DNA from: Azolla caroliniana
Lineage: Eukaryota > Plantae > Polypodiophyta
Assembly (NCBI GenBank): GCA_043228905.1
Contig: JBHGNT010000004.1
Location: 310,001-374,000 of the forward strand
DNA: 64,000 nucleotides
Reading direction: 5' to 3'
The notes beneath the pieces are model-generated. The model saw only the letters and a program-made list of their open reading frames with translations, ran no database searches and was not told the DNA's origin. Made by a program: the position numbers and the translations under genes. Below, one piece after another: positions 25,300-40,100 of the stretch. Within the stretch, counting starts at the first letter, position 1; every line of letters begins with the position of its first letter.

Positions 25300-27330
25300 T
25301 GACCTCCAGGTGTATGTAATAGCTATCCATCATCTTCTAGCAACATTACAATGGGCGCATCATGACTTCAGGCCTTTGTGGTTCCATCTGAGGCACATCA
25401 TCATCCTCGATGGGTGATTGGTTATGCTGAAAGTTAGCCTGTTTGTTATGTTTCTTAGAGGCACAACAAGATTTGGTAGCTTTGCTTGATTAAAGACAAC
25501 AAGAAAATGCCCTCAATGGACTTTGCACTAAGTTCACGCCAATGTTGATGGTAAATGTGGACATGTGTATCACAACCGAAGATTTGAAGATGGTTAGTCA
25601 TAAGAGGTTGGTATGCTTGAACCAAACGTCCTTATTAAGTTGATTATTAACTTTTTTAACAGATTCCAAATGTTGTACCTGTAAAAGGATGTCCTAGGAA
25701 TTATGTTTCACATGATGTTCCTTTGTGAAATCTGATGGGGAAAGTTTGCTATCCACTTTACTATTACTAGCATCCTTTTCCACTTCCTGCAAAGAGTGAT
25801 AAGGGTTAGCTTCAAGTAATAACACTGGATTAATCATTGTATTAGTTAGTTTAAAAACATGTTTTGCTGAAATTGTAGACGAGTCATCATTATTAACAAC
25901 TGCTTGGTTAGGTATATGGTTCAACATTTGGACGTCACTTCTGACAATCTCGACCTAAATGACCAAATTGACGACACACAAAACATTGATGAGGCAAACC
26001 TTGATAATACACCTTTTGCAGCACCAGAGGTTTATTGATAAGTTAATTAGGTAAAGACATAGTTGCCGACAAATGAACATTTCTTGGTGCGATCAACCGA
26101 ACTACTGGAACCCCATCCACTCTATCTGTCCCAAAAGCATGTCCATCACATGTAGCAATGACTTTACGTAGCAAAGCCCCAATGCGAGGAAGAACGTTAC
26201 TCCACTCCTTCCTCAAACCAAGGAATATCGTCGTAAAAACCATACTAGACTCTTGATCCTACAAAATGTCATCCACCTTAACATTATGCAACCATTTGTG
26301 AAATGAAATCCAATGGCATGCACCTTCCACACTCACCTCCTTAATCGCTAAAAGCTTGCTGACAAACTCCTCACCTACCAATTCCACATGGTAGCATCCT
26401 CTAGATATAAATTGAATGTCGAGGATGTTAGCCACTTCCTTCGAAAAAGCAACATATAAAATATGTCGAAGAACCAATCTATTAGGTTTCGAACCCTGGA
26501 CCTGCGCTACCAAGGAAAGGGCCTCCAACCTATGTACCTGTCCTACCACCGTGTGTTTATCCTACTCTGACAACAAAAGGTCGATTGACTCATCACACAA
26601 ATGAGGCGATGGTTTGGGGGGGTGCACTGGACTCCCCTACTCACGTGTACAGTCCAACCATAGATGACATATGTGGTTGTTGTTAGAGCTAGCTACTAAT
26701 GTAAGCATATGATAAGGATAATATAGATAAATATATAAGAGAGGAGAGAGAGAAATAGGGTGCCGATCCACCCAACCACCCTTGAGAGAAGGGAACGAGA
26801 CAGACTCGAGCCTCGATTGGCATCCCATACCACCGTCGTACCCGCGTGCTCGCTACAATAGTTGATCCACCACAAGGACAGAGTCTCAACGTAGTCGATA
26901 ATGTGTCAAATGAGGGTAGTTAGGCCTCATATTTATAGCCAGACCTAAGGCCCCCATGCAAGTTCACACTTGTCCTTAATGGGTTGTCTCAATCCCAAGG
27001 ATTAAACATAATCCTTCCCTTCTTTACACTCTTGTTTAACCCTCACACTTTATCCACGTGTATAGAATACTACGGTACAACCTTACCACGGGATATTATA
27101 TGGTCATGCCTGTAACAGTTGTTCTGTAAGCGACCTCCTGTTCTTGTTGTATGCACCTGTCATGATGGTTGCATTGTTCAGGCCTCCCGCTACTTGTTCT
27201 GTAGTCGTCTTTGCTTTTTGCATCTTGCCTTGCTTCAATGGTCTGCTTCCACAAACTTTCAACTAGGCACCCTCCAAGTGCATCATTTCAAATGCACTAT
27301 TTTACAAGTGTTTTAATAGGATACTCTTAA
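25300..27330 (-). mobile_element. Degenerate L1-clade LINE ORF1 remnant, interrupted by a solo LTR
   Basis: Minus strand gives DUF4283-like ..DIQFISRGCYHVEL..ISFHKW and a CX2CX4HX4C knuckle VYYQGLPHQCFVCRQFGHLGRDCQK at ~25940-26012; outer boundaries approximate. Confidence 0.7.
26681..27117. mobile_element. Solo LTR (437 bp)
   Basis: TGTTA...TAACA termini; TSD GTTGT (26676-26680 / 27118-27122). Confidence 0.85.
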
Positions 27331-27837
27331 AATTTACCAAAGTTCGTGAGCAATGTTGTAATCCTTGACGTTAACAAGGATTTTATCAATTACAACCATT
27401 TGGATATCTATAATGGCTTTCATGTTCAAGTTATGCCATGCAAGGATAATGAAAAGTGATTGGCTTCTCAATTTCTAAACCATTGTCACATTGCTCAAAA
27501 AATAGGATGCCGCAAATTGCAGTCTTCCACAAATCAAAGCTTGTTGCATCAAAATTAACTTCCTTGCATACTCAACACTTTCACCCAAATTGAACTTTGA
27601 AATTAAGGCAATTAATTCTTGAAGCTAAACTCTAAAAATCTAAAAAGAATTAAAACAGTTAGAAAACGAGATATTATTTAAAACTAACATCTCATAAACT
27701 AGAGGAAAACCTGATATTATTTAATATCTTGGACATAGAGGCGCACATAATGTCGCTCAAACAACTCTATAAGCCCAAAACCACAAGTTTGGTGCACAAA
27801 TAATGTAAACCTGAACATAAGCAAGTGAGAAAATGTG

Positions 27838-28280
27838 TTTCCAAACTCAAGAGACGAATCTCGTCACGTAGTTCCCTAGTATGAGATTCACGTAGTTCCC
27901 CATTATAATGGAATACATGACCTCGTCCCAACTTCACCAATATCTACATCAATACCATAGGATCGATATCTTCAGGACACAATGACAAATAATGTAGACA
28001 ATATTATATAGTTACAACAACACCTAGCTTATGTCAGCTTGATCTACCAAGCTTAAGGGAGAAAGCCTGACACTACATTTCCAAACTCAAGAGAGAATCT
28101 CGTCATGTAGTTCCCTATTATGATGGAATACATGACCACGTCCCAACTTCACCAATATCTACATCAATCACCATGGGATTGATATCTTCATGACACAACG
28201 ACAAATAATGTAAACAATATTAGACAATTACAACAATACCTAGCTTATGTCACCTTGATCTACCAAGCTTAAGGGAGAAA
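27838..28280. repeat. Diverged ~240-bp tandem duplication
   Basis: TTTCCAAACTCAAGAGA...AAGCTTAAGGGAGAAA at ~27838 and ~28078, with substitutions and an indel. Confidence 0.85.
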
Positions 28281-28349
28281 TCATGATGATGACACCACAT
28301 TCTGGCACTACAAAATCTAAGCTCTTCTTCTAGTTGATGATATGACATA

Positions 28350-28658
28350 GTTGAGCTTGAAGGGGCATGTTTAGATATCAAGTTCAACCATATCCCTTGT
28401 GTGTGAACATACACTCATTGGGGCACATGTGTTCTAGAGTTTACCCTTGTAATAAAGTATGGGAGATCCCTTGCATTGAATAAAGTGGAGACTTTACGTA
28501 TCCCTTTCACACTTCCAACACAAAAGGTTGGTTCGAATTTGTATGTGCATCTCACATAAAATGTTCTATGTGAACCAACCCGCTCACTTGCATCTAGTAT
28601 CATTTGTTGTTTTTACTTGAGTTGATTAATTGTTTATCATCCCCCATTTCTTAATACA
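28350..28658 (+). mobile_element. Probable degenerate copia PPT + 3' LTR
   Basis: GTTGAGCTTGAAGGGGCA (resembles the PPT of the 9669-13479 element) directly followed by TG at 28368; candidate end TAATACA at 28658; AATAAA inside; no partner LTR or TSD found. Confidence 0.4.
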
Positions 28659-28676
28659 TTGTTGTTAACTTGTGTA

Positions 28677-29330
28677 TTTTTTTTTTTTCAAAATGACGCT
28701 ACTTTCCCATTAGTTAGGAAGGATTATTAGAAAGAGACTATACAAGGAGGCTTATACACAAATTGGGGAATCTCCCTTTGATAGAGTTCAAGAAAATGAG
28801 ACTATGTACATAGCCTTTCAAACTAACTACTTAAAGTAAGTAGATACCTAAAGCTAAAAGCGGTGCCCTTCAGTTTTGGCTAGTACGAGCCAACTTCTGG
28901 GGCCTACAACGAAGGGAGGGTGGCAGGAGGGTAGGAAACAACCAACGTGGGGGCTAGTAGTTCCACCTCGGGCCACTTCCTCCTTGCCTCACCATAGGCG
29001 TGTTCCGCCATCTCTGCCAAAAGCACAAATGGGCAGTGACCACGTCATTGGAGTGGCTACAAACCTTGTCCAATTGCCCTCGTAGGCAACTGATAAGCGC
29101 GAACCATATATCCATGATCACTTCCTCCGAGGGCCGTACCGGATCTTGGAAGACCTTTAGGCAATGTGCTTTCCATACATACCACAGGGTGAAGCTTGCG
29201 ATCAACATCCAAATTTCCGGGAACCTAGGGGATGCGGATAGCAAGCCTCTCCTCTCTCTCACATAAGCATACACATAATGCCCACACATCCAAAATGTTG
29301 TGTATATATGTACTTGATCCTCCATAGAAG
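28677..29330 (-). mobile_element. 5'-truncated LINE 3' end with poly(A) tail
   Basis: ORF 28954-29325 EIWMLIASFTLWYVWKAHCLKVFQ resembles L1/Tx1 ORF2 C-termini (LWxxWKxRxxxxF); poly-T on + strand at 28677-28688. Confidence 0.7.
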
Positions 29331-30203
29331 TTCTTTACAAAAACATGTAGATGATTAGGGCCTAAAATTACTAAGTTCACTTATGGAGCAATGGCTAGAT
29401 TTAAGAAAATAATTGGACCATTAATTTCTCCAATCACATGGTCTTTGACAACTTAACAATTGATCTCTAATATGGCATTTGTATGTTGTCATACATATGT
29501 GGTGCTTTGGATTTTCCTTTACTCTTTGTACTCAATGCTTTTTTGCACCCAATGAAAATTTTACAAAACAAAATTCCCCAATAACTTCATCTTATTCCCA
29601 AAAAATCACCAATGTATTGCTTTGACATTTATTGTCACATCACGTTTCCCATACTTACATGAATCCACTTGTCTTCATATGTATTCAATTGTGCTTTGGT
29701 TTATTAACATGCCCTTTTTAAAAGGTAATACAATTTTCTGCCCTTGGGTCGTGGAGATGAAATTATGAAGTCATTTTTCCGAGAGAGAATAGTTATCATA
29801 TATATATATATATATACAAATATATTGTGGTGTGCATGTCACAATATATATTCTCTCCAAAACCAAGAAAAATATAAAACTAGACCCATTGTTGTAGACT
29901 TGAAAACCTGCTTCCTCGCAAGACATAAGCTTTACCACTACACTATTATTCTAACAATTATGCACACACAAAGCCAATGCTCCTTCATGTGATGTTGATC
30001 CACTATTATCGTTGCATGTACTATGTTCTCTCCCACTCCGAAGTAAGCTCGTCATCCTATTCCACACTCTCCCCCCATCTTAATAGGTATTGCTAAGCTT
30101 ATCGTTTAGCACATTCATTTGTTTGCTTACATTTTTATGGATTTGTATAGTAAGCCTACCTCAAACAATCTCTAATGCATGGAATCACACTAAAAACTGG
30201 ATC

Positions 30204-30208
<5 letters not shown>

Positions 30209-30260
<52 letters not shown>
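30209..30260. repeat. (CT)n microsatellite
   Basis: Pure CT run of about 26 units. Confidence 0.95.
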
Positions 30261-30264
<4 letters not shown>

Positions 30265-31180
30265 GACACACACAAACACACACTCTTTAGGGGGAGGGGG
30301 GTATAGACTAAATTTAGTTGCGAATACTTCAAGGCAAAATAAAACATAGAAAGGAATAACAATAACAAATATCTATTATTATTATGATTTTGATTATTTT
30401 GCCGGGCATCACGTTTACAATGCGATTTACCGATGGTTATACAAGTGGACCTTTGTATTTGCTCATTCGATTATTCGAGAACCATATTCCTCTCATCCTC
30501 CACCTTTTTTTTAACCTCACACACTCTTTGGGGGGGGGGGGGGTTCTTTTAAAGATTTTTTTGGAGGGGGGTTTTAACTTTTAACACACTAAAAATTTCT
30601 ACATCGATGTAGGACAAACCAATCGGGGATTTTATTTTTTGAAACAAACGAAGGAGGAAAAACAACAATGCCGATGGATTAAAAGTAATGGATACGAGAA
30701 CCAATTGTAGTTGAAAATGTAAGAAATAAAGTGGAATCACAAGCATGACAGCAAACACTAGTAGCAAAAAGAGTAGAGCCTTAACGATGGTAATAGCAAG
30801 AATTAAGGTGACATGAGTAATGATTAGGCTAGAAATAGGTACCATTAGGCTTAATATTGGCCATAATTAAACAAGCATGAACTATGTATGATGATTTCGG
30901 TTATGGATGGTAATTAAGTTAATTAGAGCTATGAATTAAGTTAAGTTAATTAAGTTATGAATTCGAATTTCGTAGTATATAGTTAGTACATTGATACATA
31001 TTATGATAAATAATTATATATATATATATATTTGCTTTTATTTCGTAAAGCGGACTTGAGCGTTCTATTCAATCGGCTTAAGTTTTGCAGGTCTCTCCTC
31101 CCGTCTCTCTCTCTCTCTCTCTGCATCAGAACTCTCTTTCTCTTCTTCTTTCTTTCTTTCTTTCTTTCGTCTCCGTCGCC

Positions 31181-34100
31181 ATGAGTTGCGACGAGCTCAG
31201 CGCGGACTACAGCTGTGCTTATCCAGACAGCTCTGATGTGGTTGAATACTGCGCAGACGACGAAGAGGTCGATTCTCGCTTCAGCCACGATGCAGATGAA
31301 TCGTCTCACACAGTAAGTCCTCCTCCTGCCTTCTATTCTTTTCCCTTTTCCACGTTTTTGCTCTTTGTTCGTAATCATCATACCTATCTTTTGTTTCTCT
31401 TTGCTCGTAATCATCATAACCATCTTCTTTCTTCTTTTCTTTCTGCATCGTCTTGCTCTTTGTAATGGATGCTGGATTGATCCTCCCTTATGATGCATCG
31501 TAGCTTGAGATTATTTCTTTCAAGCCTTTTTGATCTCGTAATGCTTGCTGGATCCATCTTTTGTTTGTGTTATATCACGTATTGAGTTCCTTTTCCCTCT
31601 TTTGTTGTATTGAAAAACATCCCCTATTTAATTTCTTCTCTTATATCGTAGTACACGTTCATTTTCTCCCCTCTCTTACTGTACTGTATTATGCGTTCCT
31701 TCCCTTTCCTTTTTTCTCCTTCTTCCTCTTTTATACTGTATTTCTCAAGATTCTTTCCTTTATCGATCAGGTCATCACAAAGGAGTCACTCCTCTCTGCA
31801 CAGGTACACTTCCTTTTTAAAATTTCTGAACATGAATCCATCTTAAGTGTACTGTCAAAGTTTGCTAAAACTGAAAAAATAGGTTTGATGGGAAATTGAG
31901 GAAAAATCTCTGCTAAAAAGGTAGTATATTGGAGAGTTATTATAAAGGGTTTTGTGGAGCAGGTACTAAGATTTTTGATCAATAAGTGGTCAGACTTGGT
32001 TTAAAAAGCTCGAGGAGTAGTTGATTCAAGTGGTCTGCAAAAGTAAACTGTCAATCCTTGCTAGAGACAAGTGTCGGAGATGTAGATTTCAGAATTTTGT
32101 CCAAATTACTGTCAAGGTTGTTAAAAAGAGGCCCAAGGGGTAGCTGATCTGGGGATTTTGTTAACATGGTAAAAAATTCTGATTGAAAAGGAGAACCAGG
32201 AGTGTAGATTCCAGGAATTTATTTAGTTTTACTGTCAATTCTTTAAGATGGAATTTGAGCAGTAGAGTTGGGACTTTTGTTCAAATATACTGCCAACCTT
32301 TGTTAAAAAGAGGCTTGAGGTGTTGTAGAGTTTAGGATTTTGTTCTCTGAATGACCTTTTCTGAGCAGGCGAGTGACATGAAGAAAGTGGCGGATATGCT
32401 TGGCATAAAGCAGCAGCATGCCCGGACTTTACTTATCCACGAGCGGTGGGATGTGGAAAGACTTTGTGGAAACTTTGCAGAGAAAGGCAAAGAAAGGCTG
32501 TTTTCAGAAGCTGGCCTTCCATTGCATGCTTCCTCGATCTGTGCTTGTAGTAGCAGAGACCCCATACGCTTGGCTCATCCTTTCACTTGTGAGATATGCT
32601 TTGATGAGGTTTTGCCACAGGCTGTAAGCACGATGGACTGTGGACACTCATTCTGCAATGATTGTAAGAGACTTGTTTTCCCATTTGCATTGTTGTATTT
32701 TATGCATTGTCGTAAATTGTCTTTGCAAGGACCTAGATCTTTCATTTATGCCCTTTTTTCTGATTCTGCAAAATATCTGTGCAGGAATGTGGGGAACCAT
32801 TGTATAATACCATGTTCTCTGATTATGCATGCTATCTTTGCGAGGATCCTAGAACTTTCATCTATGAATTTCATCGTTTCATTCAGGCGTTCTTCTGTCT
32901 TATTGTGTAAATTGGTCGTGTAAGGATGTAGGAACTCATTATACCATGTCATATTGTCTGATTGTGTAAATTTGTGTTTGCAATGACCGGGAGATCTCCA
33001 AGCTTGTCTGGTTGTGAACATTGTTTTTGCAAGTACCTAGGGTATTGTATATCAAAATGTGTTTATTTGCACAAATATCTTGGCAAGAATCTTGGGATTA
33101 TATTCATGGCTTTCAAGCTTCCATAGTTTATTCATGTCTTTGTTTGATTGTGCAAATTATCCTTATAAGGATCGAAGAAATCATTATATGATCAATGGCG
33201 ATGTCCTATCATCTTATTGGTGCGAAATATCTTTGCTAGGATGTCAGTGATCATTACATGATGCCATATAAGATTTTACAAAATTGTTTCACGAGGACCT
33301 AGAGCTGGTTTTGTACTGTGTCATTCATGCCATGTTCTATGATTGTGCAAGTTTCCTTTGCAACGGAGCTAGGTAATCTTTTTATTATTTCTTGTTATGT
33401 GATTGTGCAAAAAGTGCCTTTTCAAGGATTTGAGTCATTTTTTGAAATGGATGATAAGAATCATTATACCATGTTTTCTTGTACAAATTGTCTTTTTATC
33501 GACCAAGGGAATCATTATCTCATGCCATGTCTTAATTCGCTCAAATTCATAATGTTTTTTTATGGTCTCCTTTTTATAGGTTGGACTCAGCATTTCCTTG
33601 TAAAGATCCGTGAAGGCCAAAGTCGCCGTATCAGGTGCATGGCACATAAATGCGATGCAATTTGCGATGAAGATGTTGTTAGAAATCTTGTTTGCTTGAA
33701 GGATCCAGAGGCCGCCCAAAAATTTGAGAGGTTTCTCCTTGAATCATATATAGAGGACAATAGCAAGGTGAAATGGTGTCCGAGTATCCCACATTGTGGA
33801 AATGCTATCCGGGTGGAAGGGGATCCATATTGTGAAGTCGAATGCATTTGCAACAAGCAATTTTGTTTCAATTGCACAGCAGATGCGCATTCTCCATGCT
33901 CTTGTGTGATGTGGCAATTGTGGGATAAAAAGTGCAAGGATGAGTCGGAAACTGTAAATTGGCTGACAGTTAATACGAAACCATGTCCAAAGTGTCACAA
34001 ACCGGTGGAGAAAAATGGTGGATGCAATTTGGTTGGCTGCATTTGTGGACAAGCTTTTTGGTAAGCACTGCTAATTTTCTTACAGCACTACATTTGGATG

Positions 34101-37100
34101 TAATCCTAAAAACTTTTAATGATAGCAGCACTTCATTTGAATGTAATCCAAAAAACTTCGATGGACTACTTTAGTCTAATGAGTAATGGATTTCCCAGAA
34201 TGATTTTTAACTAGATTTCATTTGGAAACCAGCTGGCTGTGTGGAGCAGCAACAGGAAGAGAGCATAATTGGACCAGTATTGAGGGTCATAGTTGTGGTC
34301 GTTATAAAGAAGATAGAGAAAAAGAAGCTGCTAGAGCTGAGAGAGACTTGAAGCGTTACATGCATTATCACTTGAGATGGCAAGCACATATGGAGTCGTT
34401 GAAACTTGAAGCCAAACAAAGAGAAACTGTGCAGGACAAAATTGCCAAACTCGAAGCGAGTGAATCACTGGTGAAGGACTATAGCTGGCTTACAACAGGT
34501 TTGCAGAGGCTTTTCCGTGCACGCAAGGCTCTTTCTTTCTCATATGTTTTTGCTTTCTTCATGTTTGGCAATGATTTATTCAAGGATGAGATCACACCAG
34601 AACAGAATGAAATTTACCAGAATTTATTTGAGGATCAACAACAGCAACTTGAAGGAACAATTGAGAGGCTTTCAAAAGCTATTGAAACACCATTTGAATT
34701 TAATGTTGATGACAGTCGGCTTGCAGAAGTGAGGCTACATATAATTAATTTAAGCACACTTACGGATACTCTGTGCAGGAAAATGTAAGCTTCATAAATC
34801 AATTTTGGTAACTGCTGAAACACGCCATTCTCATGATAAATGAAAAGATTAGCATGATTGCTGCAGGTATGAATGCATAGAGATTGATCTATTAGGGAAG
34901 CTGCAATTGGCAACCCATCACATTTCAAAGTATGTTTCCAGTGGTGCTGTGAAAGCTTTAGAGATCTCCAAGCCTGATAATAGCACAATATCCATGTCAA
35001 TCTTGACAGGTTCGCCTATACATTTTAATACAGCATGTAAACTTTGTTGTTTGTGTCTATGGTCAAAATGAAGAAATTTCACATGTAAGCTTATATGGGC
35101 ATGCCATCTTGCCTTGCAGTCACTCAAGCTTTTTCAAGAGGGGGTATGTCACTGGGTGATATTTTGTTTTTTATGGTGCTACTTATTTTATTTGCCTTGT
35201 GCACCCATAACTCTTGGAATTGTGCAATACTATATTGCGGAGCTGGATCCTGAGATTGGAGTTACCTCTAGGTTTTGACTTGTGTGCCTCTGTTCATGAA
35301 GTCATAGCTTATAATGTCCCTTCGGGTCAGGTCAGGTGTAAAGCTATTTAAAAGCTATAATTGAGCAGGGTAAGATTTTTCTTTTGAAGGGGTGACGTTT
35401 TTCATGAGCAAGTCCTGCCTTGCCTTAGGCTTGCACACCCATAACTCTTGGAATTGTGCAATACTATAATGCGGAACTGGACCCCTAGATTGGAGTTACC
35501 ATTAGGTTTTGACTTGTGCTTTTGGTTGTGAAGTTGTAGTTTATAATGTACCTTCAGGTCAGGTCGGGTGTAAAGCCATTTAAAAGCTATATTGAGTGGT
35601 GTAAGATATTTCTTTTGAAGGGGTGACACTTGGCATCATAAGCAAGTATTGCCTTGCCTTATTCAAACAAGCGTCTTTTGTGATGTAGAGCTCAAAATCT
35701 ACCTTTAGAGCTTACAGGGAGACATTTTAGAATGATCAAATCAGCATGTTGCTTACCTAATTTTCCCTCTTTTCTATTGTGCATTTGGGTTTCAAGTGCC
35801 ATGAAGCTCTGCTTTTTGGTTTTCGTTGCTTGAATTGGCTTAAACCAGTGGCTCTGTTTTTAGGATTTGGGCTCTATCTTAGTGTATCCTGGCCGTTCTT
35901 TATCAATAGAGACATGGAAAGAGATGATAGTCTTTGGTACCAAGATAGTGTCATCTTCCTTGCTGAAGATGAATGTAACTTTATAGACATTAAAATTTAG
36001 TCTTAGTGAGTCCAAAATTTTAAGAAAAATCTACTTTGTTTGAGAAGATCTCTTAAATACTGGACTTAACCTAAATTGGTGGTTCGATTGGGGTTTTACC
36101 ACTCCCTTTGGAAGTTCTAAAGTTTCTTTATGTCATCCTCTGAAGTATGCATTGTTGAATAACAGAGATGACAATGGTAGTAATAGATGAGACATATAAC
36201 ACACGACATAAAAATAATCATTGCAATAAACTAAAAGGAAAGGTTACAGCTATGAGCAGCTGGAAAGAGTGTAAGAAGACTTGCCTTGCGAGTATGTTGA
36301 AGAAAACAGGTCCAAGTGGGCATGCAAATGAGAAACAATAAATGGCTGAAAGTGGGATGATAGAACAGACAGTGGGTTCCAAGTGAGCAGTGAACAGCTA
36401 TTTATATAGGCATCAATTACAGTAGTTAGCTGGTTGTAGACCTCCATTAAGAGGGTATAGTCTCTCAACTAGGTCCCTGGAACAGAGGAAATTAATTCAG
36501 CGAGTCATAGGGGAAGGAAACCTGTGACACAAAATCCCCTCCCCGGCAACTATGTGTCCACTGAAATGGGGATGAAGAGATGGCATGTTGGAATGGTCTG
36601 ATGAGTGTGGATCAGGGATCAGAATTTCTTTTAATGATTTTTTGCCCTTAATATTAAATCCCACTTTTTTAGTGTTCAGTTTATTGGATGTTATTATCAA
36701 TAAAATTTACGTTTAAAAACGATCAAATTTGGCTAAGATCCATTTTATCAATGTTCAGTTTGTTATGTTTATTAATAATAAACTTTTAACTTTTCTAATG
36801 TTATATTTATGCGGAATATGGTTTCTTCCTCCCATCCCTGAGATGTCCCTGTGGATATGATATCTTTGTCCTAGTCACCCGTTCCCTGTCCTCATGACAT
36901 GCTTGTCCCAGGAATCTGTCCCCTGTCCCACAAACTTTGAATTGTTGTAGACTGTTTTAAACAATGAATAATGTAACGTGAATGCCTAATAAGCTACTTC
37001 TCTAGTCATTATCAACAGATAAAAGCCATTATCTCCCGCCATCGTAGGCGCTTCCCTCGTGTTGGAGATATTTCCATTCTGGATCGACCTATGCTAGAGA

Positions 37101-40100
37101 TCCTTCGAAGACAAAAGCTACAATATACCTAACTTGAGAATCTCACATGTGCCAAAAACCAGATTCCCTCGTTTCTTTTCTTTTCCTCGTATTTACTTTT
37201 ATATTTACTGTGTAATATTTATTTTATTTTGATTTGTTCTCAAAGAAGAGACAACACTTAAGATGTAATCTCTTATTTGGTCTTATAGGCCATTTTGGCC
37301 TCTTAAAAGACGTTAATATATCTTTCTTTCTTTCTTTCTAGCAATTAACTTCTAGGCTGTGTATGTCCCTACGGATGACAGTTACAACTTATCTTTTCCA
37401 TGAGACAGACAATGGTTTTATTTGGATGATGGTTCAGTCATCTCTGCCATCACAATCTACAACTTGCTTCCTTATCTTTGTGAAGACCACAGTCACTGGG
37501 GGACAGAGAATTATGTAGAAATCCAATGTGTCTGAAACTCATATGATGTGTTTGGCACGTTTTTGTGGGTTACAGGTGCAATGGCTGTCCTCCAGGCCAA
37601 AGCTTCATCTGCTTCTGCGAGCTTTCTCTAAGGTTGGTCCATTCCCTGCCTTGATTACTCTCTAGGCTGATGACATGTCCACGTCTGGGAGCTCTCTTTG
37701 GGTGACTTCCTTTGAGAGATGTGTCAGGATCTCATTCTCTGGAGCTGCTCCTTTCTTGGCTTCTGTTAGTTAACACATCCAAATGTACATTCTCAAATTT
37801 ATCCAAGCCAGTTCCTCGGCCCCATTGCATCTGCCAAGTTACCAATGAAGTACAATGACTCCATCAATAGTTTGTCCACCCAGTGTTCCATGTCTATCTG
37901 TTGGAACCCTACCTGGTGAATTCTTTTTGGGACCAAATATCTCTACCTTGACTAATCAAGATTGATGAACATCTCTGAAGTTCAATATAATTTGGGCTCC
38001 AATTTCCTGGTGTCACCTTTACTATTTACTGATTGGGAGTGCTACTCCTCTAGCGACCATACTTGGAAAGCTGCAGAGAAATTTTCCAATGTTTCTGAAA
38101 AAGTTGTATACCTTCATCACCGCTATCTGAAGAAACCTAGCCTGAGTACTCCAGCTCTGCACCAAGCATTATTTCACAGTCATCGTCACTGGGGGATAGT
38201 GTCACAACCATATGGGTATTATAGTCATATGTATAAAGATGTAATAGGAAGTTGCATGAAACAGAGTTCAAACTTGCAACTTTCTAGTTGCAACATATAC
38301 TCCATTGCGAGGTTGACTACCAATACTTCTTGAAGGTATAAGACATCATCTTACATCCTTTCAGATCATATCTATCTAGCTGTTTCCGAAACTCCAGGTT
38401 ATTGGTCCAGCAGCTTTCACTCTTCCCAATTACCTAAATTGGGTTACTTTTAAACCGTTGCATTTATATTTGTACTGATTGATGTGTAGTATGAGGTCTG
38501 ATATAGAAGATGTGTCCCTCAAAGGAGTGAATTAATCCTGGAACCGATGGTCGATCTCACACACTAAGCATTGTGTGTCCAGATGAACAGTTATAGAGAA
38601 TTATTTCAAAAGAAATTTTTGAAAAGAGCCATACATCTTCTCACACTGGATCCCTTTATAATGCCACGACCTAGACCATAGGATACAAGCATTGGGCAAT
38701 GGTATATTTACCATGGCATGCCTTAGCACCAAAGTTTAAATTTGATGAACTTGAGATAATTCCTGATATTGAGGATATTGCTTATCTTATTGAAATAGTG
38801 AATGCAGAAAATATTTGAGTCAAAAAAATACCGAAACAGAAATAAAGATGTAGTGTATCTTTAAGGGAATTCTGTTGTGTAGGAAATTGCTGCATATGCC
38901 TATCTTGCAGAAATTTAGTAGAACTATTTTAACAACTATATTTGAAACATTTGTTGTAATTGTTTATCCATTCCTTAAAAGTGAGGGATTCTTGGCATAA
39001 ATGGAATAGCTTTGCAGTTCTTCTAAGTTCTTCTCCTGAGAGTTGATTTTATTTATTTAGAATTGCCCTTCCGATTAATTAGAAGTTCTTCCCCTGTGGG
39101 TTGATTTTATTTATTTAGAATCACCATTTGATTATTTAGAAGTCGATGGCTAAAGTATTTTGGTTTTCTGCCTCTGCCCACATAGGCAAATCAAGGGGTG
39201 ATGTTGAACAATTAGTTTCACATGTGGACAATCTACATCCACTTCTTGCTCACAGGTCATTGTGCACGGCAGACACCACAATTGTGGTCTACCGAGGCTT
39301 TCAGAGATTAAGTTCCTGCACATGTTAGGAAATAAAGTTGTCAGTAAAGCCCTTCTCAAACAAAGAGCTCTTTTAGATCTCCACTTATATTAGGATTGTG
39401 TTTTCTATGCTGTACAACTTCAAAATACGCTTCGGCTGCAAACCATCTTACACATAATAAATATGGTTCAAATTAATGCCATATTTATTTTTCGAAGATA
39501 TTTTGTTTGTAGTATTTATTTTTTGAAATTTATGTTGCCAAGCAAATCATACTGTAGGTTCATGCATGGGGAGGGGTTAGGGCACTGCTCTGCCTAACTA
39601 TGCATCTGACAATGACAAGCAGTAGTAGTCACTGTTTATCCTCTCCCTATCCTGTATTAGTGCTGGTATCCATCACAATAGTGTAAGCTGGCAGTGCACA
39701 TGCCAATTGATGAAGCATTGACCTCATTCATCATGATATACCATTTATACACATGACATCATTTTCTTCTTTTATCTTATTATATTTTACACTGGAAACA
39801 CACACACACACACAAACAAACATTTATGTGTGTATATATATCTATAATGTCTACATCAATCATAAATTAGTCATATATACAATACCTGTACAAATATGAT
39901 AGTTAGATTACGGCAATGCAGCCATTTGCCATACACTGCTATCAACACCAATCTACCCCCACCCCCACATACAAAAAGTATATTATACAGAAATGAATTT
40001 CTCATCATTTCCTACTTTGTATTGTAAATAGGTTGACTCATGCTGATACCACACTTGCATCCTCAACTTTAATAACGTACAGGATGACATGTACATTACA

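Noticed and set aside
32700-33530. CRISPR-like repeat-spacer appearance (palindromic core with variable linkers)
   Set aside because: Lies in a spliceosomal intron; repeats are highly degenerate, linkers are related to one another, and there are no cas genes
37576-37632. Possible extra or alternative exon in the long last intron of the second ARI gene (TACAG|GT..)
   Set aside because: Reaches a stop after 18 codons, has no recognisable motif, and the 40342 exon fits the family better
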